The position numbers and the translations under genes are program-made. From Macrostomum lignano (lineage: Eukaryota), in the NCBI GenBank assembly GCA_002269645.1, contig NIVC01001739.1, positions 179,239 to 243,238 of the forward strand: a stretch of 64,000 nt of DNA, written 5' to 3'. This document shows, piece by piece, positions 40,030 to 56,100 of the stretch. The stretch's first letter is position 1. Each line of letters opens with the position of its first letter. Under the pieces are notes generated by a model that saw only the letters and a list, made by a program, of their open reading frames with translations, searched no databases and was not told the DNA's origin.

Positions 40030-41090
40030 AATGAGCAATTGCCATCTGTCTATGACCAACTCACATCTGTCTATGACTAACTCACATCTGTCTACGACCA
40101 ACTCACATCTGTCTATGACCAACTCACATTTATCAATGACCAGCTCCCATCTGTCTATGACCAACTTATTTCTGTCTATGACCAACTCACATCTGTCTAT
40201 GACCAGCTCAGATCTGTCAATGACCAACTCAGATCTATCAGTGACCAAATCACATCTATCAATGACCAACTCAGATCTATCAATGACCAAATCACATCTA
40301 TCAATGACCAACTCAGATCTATCAATGACCAAATCACATCTATCAATGACCAACTCACATCTATCAGTGACCAACTCCATCTATCAATGACCAACTCCAT
40401 CTATCAGTGACCAAATCACATCTATCAATGACCAAATCACATCGATCAATGACCAACTCACATCTATCAATGACCAACTCCATCTATCAGTGACCAAATC
40501 ACATTTATCAATGACCAATTCCAACTCGCATTTATCAATGACCAACTCACATCTATCAATGACCAACTCACATCTATCAGTGACCAACTCCATCTATCAA
40601 TGACCAACTCCATCTATCAGTGATCAAATCACATCTATCAATGACCAAATCGCATCGATCAATGACCAACTCACATCTATCAATGACCAACTCACATCTA
40701 TCAATGACCAACTCACATCTGTCAATGACCAACTCACATCTATCAATGACCAACTCACATCTGTCTATGACCAACTTATTTCTGTCTATGACCAGCTCAG
40801 ATCTGTCAATTACCAACTCAGATCTATCAGTGACCAAATCACATCTATCAATGACCAACTCACATCTATCAGTGACCAACTCCATCTATCAATGACCAAC
40901 TCCATCTATCAGTGACCAAATCACATCTATCAATGACCAAATCACATCGATCAATGACCAACTCACATCTATCAATGACCAACTCACATCTGTCAATGAC
41001 CAACTCACATCTGTCAATGACCAACTCACATCTATCAATGACCAACTCACATCTGTCAATGGCCAACTCACATTTATCAAAGACCAACTG
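40030..41090. repeat. 21-bp minisatellite (acatctatcaatgaccaactc) downstream of the CRYM stop codon
   Basis: About 50 units; reverse complement of the array at 41620-42235. Confidence 0.96.
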
Positions 41091-41206
41091 ATGCCATCTT
41101 CAATGATAAATTAACATTATACCATAGTCAACAGACCTATAAGCAACTCAAAAAACTCATGAAAACCAATGAGCAATTAGCATCTACCTGTCACCAATGA
41201 CCAGTT

Positions 41207-44200
41207 TCACTCCTTCATCCGGAGATCCCACACTAGCCGGGCAGTGGCGGCGTCCTCAATGCCCAGTCCAAGCGACTTGAAGACGGTGAGGCCGCCGCGG
41301 CTGGCCCGGGCCTCGCGGAACCGCTCGGGATGGGCGATGAGCTCGCCAAGCTCCGCGTGCACCGTCGCCTTGTTGACGATGACGTCGCCCGACTCGCTGC
41401 TCGCCGACTCTCGACTGTCAGCGACGAGGAACGCCGCCGAGGTGACGGACTCGTCCAGCTCGCGCTGGTCCGGCCGGCACGCGCCGACAGCGTTCACGTG
41501 ACACAGGCGGGGCAGCCAATCGGCGCGCAGCACCGGGTCACGTGACGAGGTCACCGTGCACACAATGTCCGCCTGGTCTACGGCAGCCTTGGCCGAGTCG
41601 CAGTCCTCAACCTGAGAGGGATTGATAAATATGAGTTGGTCATTGATAGATATGAGTTGGTCATTGATAAATATGAGTTGGTCATTGATAGAAATGAGTT
41701 GGTCATTGATAGATATGAGTTGGTCATTGATATATAACAATTGGTCATTGATAGATATGAGCTGGTCATTGATAGATATGAGTTGGTCATTGATAGATGC
41801 GAGTTGGTCATTGATAGATGCGAGTTGGTCATTGATAGATGCGAGTTGGTCATTGATAGATGCGAGTTGGTCATTGATAGATGCGAGTTGGTCATTGATA
41901 GATGCGAGTTGGTCATTGATAGATGCGAGTTGGTCATTGATAGATGCGAGTTGGTCATTGATAGATGCGATTTGGTCATTGATAGATATGAGTTGGTCAT
42001 TGATAGATTCGAGTTGGTCATTGATAGATATGAGTTGACCATTGATAGATTCGAGTTGGTCATTGATAGATAATATTTGGTCATTGATAGATATGAGTTG
42101 GTCATTGATAGATTCAAGCTGGACATTGATAGATAATATTTGGTCATTGATAGATATGAGTTGGTCATTGATAGATGCGAGTTGGACATTGATAGATAAC
42201 ATTTGGTCATTGATAGACATGAGTTGCTCATTGATGGATGCGCTTGTTAAATCTCTAACCCGTCCTTTCAGCTAGATTACCTTCATGACATCCGGCTTGA
42301 ATTTGGCAGACAGCATAATCTTTTCTACCAGAGCAGCTCGCCTCTCGGGGTTCCGACTGTGCACCCGGATGCATTCAATGGCGAACAGAGTGGCTATGGC
42401 CTCGAAGTGGCTGAACGCTTGGGCGCCGGAGCCCAGCAAAGCCAGGGTTCGACTTTGCGGATGAGCAAGGTGCCTTCGAGATAAAGAGGTTGGGTCAGGA
42501 TAAGCAAAGTGGAGTGACGTCATATTTGAAGGCTCGATTGAGAAATGTATATCAAACGGCAAGAGCAGATAGCGTGGCGGTACATCAAAGGACATGGGCA
42601 GATAGGATGGCGGTACTCGTACAACAAAGTACATGGGCAGAAAGGGTGGCGGTACATCAAAGGACATTGGCAGATAGGGTGGCGGCACTTCAAAGGACAT
42701 GTGTAGATAGGGTGGCGGTACATCAAAGGACATGTGTAGATAGGGTGGCGGTACATCAAAGGACATGTGTAGATAGGGTGGCGGTACATCAAAGGACATG
42801 GGTAGATAGGGCGGCGGCACATCAAAGGACAGAGACAGATAGGGTGACGGCACATCGAAATGACATGGGCAGATAGGGCTGGCGGTACATCAAAGGACAT
42901 GGCAGATAGGATGGCGGCACATCAAAAGACATGGGCAGATAGGGTGGGCGGCACATCAAAGGAACTGAGAGTAGGTCCCACTGCAGGCTAACCTGGATGC
43001 CACAGCACTGGCAGCAGCAGTTCTCATACAGGTGATCTCCTCAGCGTCCATCAGAGCTTGCAGGCTGCCACTCTCGGGGTCAAACAAGGTCACAATGCCT
43101 TGGTGACTGGGCAGGTCAGTGTTTCCAGGAAACACAGTGACCAGCTTGCAGGCGAGGGCGGAGTCGGGCGCGCTGTAGCAGGGCATGGTGAGCAGCAAGC
43201 CGGTGCTGCCGGAGTCCACTTTAGTGCGCATAGGCTGACAAAACTCGGACTTCTTAGTCGAGTAGGTGATGAGGGATCGTTCCACGGTGGGGATCAGATC
43301 CTCATAGGAGAGCAATCCTTTGATTTCTTGGCCCGAGATGAATGGGGGTGTACCGTGTTGTTGTTGAGTTGTTGCCATGGTAACATGCATTTTTTTCTGA
43401 ATTTCTATACTGACTGCCAATGTTAATGAATCAAGTGCAGGTTCACTCACATAACTTAAATTACTTAGGTACATCAATAATAGACTATGGTATTATTTTG
43501 GACAATAAAGTGACTCATTTAGCAAAGAATGATGCACCTGATGTGCAGATGTGCCACCTCAGCGAATCATAAAAGTCCATAGCCCTTTCATGTGCCACCT
43601 CAGCGAATCATAAAAGTCCATAGCCCTTTCATGTGCCACCTCAGCGAATCATAAAAGTCCATAACCCTTTTGACGTGCCGCCTTGGCAAATCATAAACCT
43701 TTGACGTGCCGCCTCGGAAAATTATAACCCTTTGATGTGCCGCCTTGGCAAACTCATAACCCTTAATTTGATGTGCCGCCTTGGCAAACTCATAACCCTT
43801 TGATGTGCCGCCTTGGCAAACTCATAACCCTTTGATGTGCCGCCTTGGCAAACTCATAACCCTTAATTTGATGTGCCGCCTTGGCAAACTCATAACCCTT
43901 TGATGTGCCGCCTTGGCAAACTCATAACCCTTTGATGTGCCGCCTTGGCAAACTCATAACCCTTTGATGTGCCGCCTTGGCAAACTCATAACCCTTTGAT
44001 GTGCCGCCTTAGCAAACGCTGATCTTTTGATGCAGAGCAAACGTCTAGCAAGTGGCTGGAAATGCCAAGCAAAAATCTACCTGGATGCCACAGCACTGGC
44101 AGCAGCAGTTCGCATACAGGTGATCTCCTCAGCGTCCATCAGAGCTTGCAGACTGCCATTGTTGGGGTCAAACAAGGTCACAATGCCTTGGTGACTGGGC

Positions 44201-44445
44201 AGGTCATGGTTTCCAGGAAACACAGTGACCAGCTTGCAGGCGAGAGCAGCATCAGGCGCATTGTAGCAGGGCATGGTGGCCAAAATGCCATTGTTGCTAG
44301 TGAAAACTTTTTCTCTGAGTGGCTGGTGGAATTGGGACTTCCAGTTTGAATAAGTGACTAAAGAGCGTTCCACAACTGTGATGAGGTCCTCATAGGTTAG
44401 GAAAGCTTTAATTTCAGGACCAGTAATAAATACAGGGTTGCTCAT
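41207..44445 (-). CDS. CRYM: Mu-crystallin / ketimine reductase (ornithine cyclodeaminase family) with two alternative first coding exons
   Basis: Exon 1a 44081-44445 and exon 1b 42993-43378 both end ...MRTAAASAVASR at AG|GT, phase 2. Shared exon 2 is 42281-42473 (LALLGSGAQA, Rossmann motif) and exon 3 is 41207-41611 (NAVGA..P..RELD, VFKSLGLGIED). About 320 aa via 1a and about 327 aa via 1b. Confidence 0.92.
41620..42235. repeat. 21-bp minisatellite (gagttggtcattgatagatgc) filling CRYM intron 2
   Basis: About 29 units; inverted relative to 40030-41090. Confidence 0.96.
42570..42962. repeat. 33-bp minisatellite with core ggcgg[c/t]acatcaaagg (CRYM intron downstream of exon 1b)
   Basis: About 12 units. 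Confidence 0.92.
43548..44016. repeat. 32-41 bp minisatellite with core cctttgatgtgccgcc (between CRYM exons 1a and 1b)
   Basis: Core is the exact reverse complement of the 42570-42962 core. Confidence 0.92.
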
Positions 44446-45777
44446 TGTGCTAGAAACATAGTTTGGTTTAATAAATATTTAGCGATGGTCACGAAACCCA
44501 TAGAAAATATTAGGAAATTTGAAAATATTATTAAAATATCATAATGTAAACAACAAAACCTAAAATACAATTCTTGAAACTCTAATCTCAAATCTGCCTT
44601 ATCTTTTCATCTTTTTCATGCATGATTGCATTGCATTATAAAAGTAAATGTTGGAGCAATTCGTATATAATAATATAATCTATTTTAGCATTGTTCATCC
44701 TAATATCAATATTCAATAACTGACTGACTGAAAATTATTACATAGTTTAATGTCATGATTCAATACTTTTATGGCCAATAAAATCATATTTTTTGTGTGT
44801 TTCTTATACATTTAAGTATTTTATCCGATGGTTTAATGATTGAATACTTGAATGGCTAAATGGCCATATGATTCACAGTTTTCACTTTACTTTTTACATC
44901 ACCTTTGTCCCTTGCAAAGTTTGAATCTGTTTGATAGAACTCAAACTAACATTTTTGTGATTTCAAAAGGTAGTAAGACATAAGGCATAAGGCATTTGCT
45001 TAAGACAATGATGTTCTACTTTTTTGCGTTCTCGTGCAAAATGGATTTGGCTGTAGAAAGTGATCGACAGGTATTTTTAACAGCATAAACTAATTGAAAT
45101 CTTAAGCCGTTAAGGTAGCATATACTGTGGAAACAAAATGCAATTACAGAAAACTGTCTGTCTGTATTTTTCTTCTAAGAAAAGGTAGTTCAGTCATTGA
45201 CCAAAGGGTCAAAGCTGTCACTTCGTAACTAACAACGATAATAATGGTGGAAATATATATATATTTATTAGAAATTTAGAATATTAAAATTTCAAGAGCG
45301 ATAATTCTAGATCTTTTTTAGGGGGGCAAACGGCAACTTAAACCGAGGGACTCTGTGACATCCGCCAGCTTTTCGTTTTTCGAGGAGGCTCTTCCCCCTC
45401 CTTTTCGTTCTGGCCTGGCGTGGAAGCGGCTAGCTTCCTCGTCTTGGTCTGCTGGTGGGGGACGGACCCCCCTGCTGCTTTTTTGCGGGGCAGGTGGCTG
45501 CTAAGTAGTTGGCTGCTGGCTAAGCGCCAACTACCCATCGGCAGCCCTTAGTTGCAACTGGTACCACACGGGTTCTCGAGGGCCGCTCTTGTGGGGGAGG
45601 GCTCGGGCGTCGGCTGTCAACTCGACCTGGCGCCTGTGTCCCAAGCCCGCAGCCGGCCTCCCGCCCCCTGATCTTGCAGAGTGTGGACCGGGGGCCTGCC
45701 GGAGCCTCGCCTGGGAGCAATCCTGGGATAAGACGGCAACCCAAAGCTTCTCTGCTGTTTACCGTGGCAGAGGGTAG

Positions 45778-50608
<4,831 letters not shown>

Positions 50609-53182
50609 TCCTTGTGCTCTTTTACCTTGGGGTTGCGATAGGGGCCTCGCGGCCTATTCGCGGCGCCTGCGCCCCCCGTCAGTAGTAAGTAAGTAAGTAA
50701 GTAGATCTTTTTTAAGCGGGTGAAAAAATAAAACAGGAAAAACATAAGTTTATTTTTAAAAATGAATAGAGCTGTTTAACTAACTTATTAAATATTTAAT
50801 ATAAAAATTTTTCATCCTTAACAAATGAGCTACAATATACAGCATTTAAATTTGTTTCAAATAGTTTTTAGAGTCTCGTGCTACTTTTAATTCAGCAATT
50901 GAGTGTTATTTTTGCCTCTCTTGCAAACTGCTCTATAAGAAGGAACAATAATAAATCACTTAAAGATACGCATATAGAGCTGCATCTCTATTTTTGTAGA
51001 TTAGGAAACATGCACCATTGCAGCTATGAATTGTAAACTCTAAGTCGAAAATCGCAACACTTCAAATTCACACAGAATTATAATTGTAAGTTAAGGGCCT
51101 ATCAATCATATTAATTTTGACCAGTGTAGTAGGACAGTGGTTTTTTCACAATCAAGATCCGTAATTGTGCTTTTGCTATTGTAATCAGTGCTTGTTCAAT
51201 TGTTCTAGAAATTTGTATAGGCCTAGGTAGGCATAGGGAGTAACAACTGAATGATTCCATGAAATTAAGCCTATTTAATGCCAATTGCCAATGAATTCGA
51301 AGGCCTATGGTAAGGGTCTATTTTAGTTATGCTCTCTGTAATAGGCCTATGGACCTAGTTATGGTAAAGCTGTTGAAATTTAATCTAATTTTCTATAGGG
51401 TCTAGTATACTTATCCAGACTGTCCAGACAGTGGATTTTAGATATTATTTTCAGGTTTAGTTATATAGATTAATGATTGAACAGTGCAAGTTTCATAAAA
51501 AAGCAGTTGAGCAGTTTTTTTAAATTAATTGCTTATCTACCTAGATAGATAGGCCTACTTATTTATACAGATTTTAGATATTATGTTTATAGTTCCTCTT
51601 TGTCTGCTTTGTTAATATAGTACTTGGCTATAGTAGCTTACCCAAGAGGGTAAGGAGGGAGGTAATTGGCCCCCTTAGTCTATATCAAGACTTTAAAAAA
51701 TCAAGAAGGACAAGTGCATCTTTGCCAAAATATAGAGCTATCCTCTCTGCCTCTCTCTTGACTCTTAGATCTTTAGCCTTTAAAATCTATTTCCTTTTTC
51801 AATAAATTTCTGGGTATTCTATCTGGACCTTAGTTTTTTAAACCTCTCAATAGTAATCTATCCTACTTAATGTTTATTTTCTTATTGATGTTTTACAATA
51901 GTCCACTCTTTGATCATATGTATCCTAATGAGATTATCCAAGTGTGTTAGTTCTTTTCTTTAATATCTGATCTTCCCTCTTCCGTCTTTTCTTCTTTTCT
52001 TCTCTCTTTTCTCTTATCCTCTCTTCTCTTTTCCTTGATTTTTTCTTGTCTTTCCTCCACTTTCTCTTCTTTCCTCTCTTTTTTTATTCTCTTAACTTTC
52101 TTTCTTCTATCTCCTTCCTCTTCTCTATTCCCTTTCCTATCCCCTCTTTTGGCCCACAGTTATGCTCTAGGCTGTCTATTTAGTCTAGGTCCTCAAAATT
52201 AAAAAAAGTTTGCTAACCCCTAATCTAAGTAGTTCTTTTTTCTTACTAGTAGTATTATTATTTACTAGTAGCATTCTTATTTCTAAACTAGTAGCATTCT
52301 TGTTATATACCAAAAGGTCTATTACTAATATTTTATTTTTTGTATATATTTCTTAGAATAATTCTTCTTGGAATATATCTGCTATTTAAGAATTTAACTA
52401 TCTAGTCTTTAGGTAAAACCAAGAGTAGAAAGTCATGAGTTTCTTTATACTATATATTTATCTCCAAGATCTATAAGTATGAGTATTTGTATTATATTTC
52501 TTTTATCTATTTATGAGCATTTTGCTCTTTTTAGAAATAAGAAAGTCTAAAATAGGATTCTCAATGTTTACTTGGAATACAACTATAAGTCTTACATCTT
52601 ACCAAATTTTGTATTTGTTTATACTAATTTTTTGGTTCATTTAAAGCAAAAAGTGAATGTGAATATTATTATAAAATGTGTATAAATTAAAAAATAGTAG
52701 AGTTGTATATACATTAAATTTGTACTAAATTTTTTGTTACAAAAAAGAAAGTTTTTTATATATAATATTATATATTTTATATTTTTTAAACCTATTTTTT
52801 CTAAACTACATCTTATAATATGGTCTTAGTTTAAAACTTAGGTCTATTTTCATTCTGCAGTGTATTTACTCAAGATATAGGGCCATAGCACTCTTATGAT
52901 GTCACAAGGCATGCCATCTTTAGACTTTGATTATGTAAGTATTTTTAAACTAAAAACTATTTTCTTGATGATAAATTAATGTTAATGTTTTATGCAGATT
53001 TTGATACATAATATTGACACTTATGCTTGCTAATACAGAAGGTGCCATACTATTTCTAACATTACAACTTTATTTAGGCAAATTCATTCTAAATCTTTCA
53101 GAACAATTAATTCACATGCCAGAACTATTAAAAGAAATTCTGAGGAAAAACTTCATAAACAGAGAAACAGAACAAAATTTTA

Positions 53183-56100
53183 ATGAATCCTATGTCACAG
53201 ACAGTTTTTGATCACGAAGAGCTCCATCATCTGCCCCTGCCAGCATCTTGCCACCTGCTTGAGTCAGAAATTCTTCTGCGGGTTGGTCGCCTCGCCAATG
53301 GCCAGATCATCGCCCTGACCAGCTACCGATTGCTCATCCTTGTGCACAGATTTGTCAGCTGTGACAGTGTCCCGGAGTCAAGTCTTGATCCAGTCTTTGT
53401 CCAGCCGCTGCGCTGCATCTCTCGATTAATCACGGCAGGCATTGAGTTTACCGCTATTCGAGTTGAATTTGTTTTAATTGCCTCACCGCTTGCGCTGCAG
53501 TTTGCCAGTGCGGCTGAGGCTCTGAGCTGGGCGCGGCGGCTGGACCCGTCCGCCATCGCTGCGCTGCCCCATCTGCGTTGCAGTTTGAATTCGAGCAGTC
53601 CGACCGAAGATGAAGCTGCTGATCCGAACGAATTGATTGTTGCCATGGAAACCCGCCGGTTAGGCTTAACAGAAGCAAATGGCTGGCGGCTGAGCAAAGC
53701 GAATGATGATTACTCAGTCTGCAGCAGTTATTCCAGGTGAGGCTGAGAATTTGATCGTTTGAGAATTCTTATGGTGAGATTTTGAAAATCTAGATTTTTG
53801 TCACCGGTGAGATTTTGAAGATTTAGATTTTTGTTGATCTAGATTCTTGTCATCGGTGAGATTTTGAGGATCTAGATTCTGTCAAGGGTGTCTAGATTCT
53901 GTCAAGGGTGAGATTTTGAAGATCTAGATTCTTGCCAAGGGTAAGATTTTGAGGATCTCGATTCTTGCCAAGGGTAAGATTTTGAGGATCTCGATTTTTG
54001 TTAAGGGTGAGATTTTTAATACCAGAATTTCTTTAAGTTAAGATTTTGCAGATTAGAGAGGGGTTCTGAGGGTGAGCATTTAAAATGCTGAGATTCTGTC
54101 ACCAAACGATTGGTTGATAAGGTGAGATTTGAGGATACAAATTCCGTTCCTTGAAGATTCGAACCCTAACCAACTACAGACGTCACGTGACGCCAACGAA
54201 GCTGTCAGACGCGGAGCTCATCGCCTCAAGCAAATATCGGTCTCGCGGTCGGTTTCCCAGCATTGTTTGGCGTTGTCAAGGCAACGGCGCCGTTTTAGCG
54301 CGCTCCGGCCAGCCGCTGGTGGCGCTGCTTGGCTGGCGTTGCGAGGCCGACGAGAAATTGCTGGCCCTGATTGGCAACTCGGGCAGGGGCAGACTGCTCA
54401 TTGCCGACGCCAGGACTTACAGGTATGACCTGCATGACTGGCTGTATGACCTGCATGACTGGCTGTATGACCTGCAGGACTGACTGATATGACCTGCATG
54501 ACTGGCTGTATGACCTGCAGGACTGACTGATATGACCTGCATGACTGGCTGTATGACCTGCATGACTGGCTGTATGACCTTCATGACTGGCTGTATGACC
54601 TGCATGACTGACTGTATGACCTGCATGACTGGCTGTACCACCTGCATGACTGGCTGTATGACCTGCATGACTGGCTGTATGACCTGCATGACTGGCTGTA
54701 TGACCTTCATGACTGGCTGTATGACCTGCATGACTGACTGTATGACCTGCATGACTGGCTGTACCACCTGCATGACTGGCTGTATGACCTGCATGACTGG
54801 CTGTATGACCTGCATGACTGGCTGTATGACCTTCATGACTGGCTGTATGACCTGCATGACTGGCTGTATGACCTGCATGACTGGCTGTACCACCTGCATG
54901 ACTGGCTGTATGACCTGCATGACTGGCTGTATGACCTGCATGACTGGCTGTATGACCTGCAGGACTGACTGATATGACCTGCATGACTGGCTGTATGACC
55001 TTCATGACTGGCTGTATGACCTGCATTACTGACTGTATGACCTGCATGACTGGCTGTATCACCTGCATGACTGGCTGTATGACCTGCATGACTGGCTGTA
55101 TGATCCAAACGACTTGAACTGTACGACTCGAATGAGTGGCTCTATGACCGAAAGTACAACCTCATCCTCAGCAACTTCATAGCGTTTTTTCCAAACGGAG
55201 CAAAACTGCTGTGCTGAACTAATCCAGGACCTGCTTCCCAAGGGAAATGTCTTATTATAGCTAATTTAACCTGTAGCCGTTCATACTTCGCCGTGCCCGG
55301 CCTATAATAAGCCCGGCTAATTTCTGCCCAATTATTATTGCCGAAACTGTCGCAAACTGTTCGAATCTATTTTTAGCTTGTACAGATAGCTTCTACCATT
55401 CCCTACCCCTCCCGTCTGGCCGTGCGGCCGTGCAATTAACTGATAAGCAAAGCCGGCTAGGCGTGTTTATTACAGCATGCCACGTGACGGCTTTGCCTTA
55501 TGACTCAAAAACTCAACCTAAAATAGGTGTTGCATAAATGCACGCTTGTTCCATTATACCCGCTATTATCTGGTTTCTTTATCTAGACTAGCGTGAGCCA
55601 GTTTGAGTCGCGTGACCAGTACTTGCTGGTGGTGTGAGCGACTCGATAATACTGTTGCAGGTGCTGCGTGTTATGCGTGTCGTACAATTATATGATATAA
55701 AATATTATGCACTTTATTTTCGCTGTCTGTATAGCACCAGTTGCGCGACATACTAACACTCCAGTGACTCTCCTGACACTACAGTGACTCTCCTGATACT
55801 CCAGTGACTCTCCTGACACTACAGTGACTCTCCTGACACTCCAGTGACTCTCCTGACACTACAGTGACTCTCCTGACACTTCAGTGACTCTCCTGACACT
55901 ACAGTGACTCTCCTGACACTCCAGTGACTCTCCTGACACTACAGTGACTCTCCTGATACTCCAGTGACTCTCCTGACACTCCAGTGACTCTCCTGACACT
56001 ACAGTGACTCTCCTGACACTTCAGTGACTCTCCTGACACTACAGTGACTCTCCTGACACTCCAGTGACTCTCCTGACACTACAGTGACTCTCCTGATACT

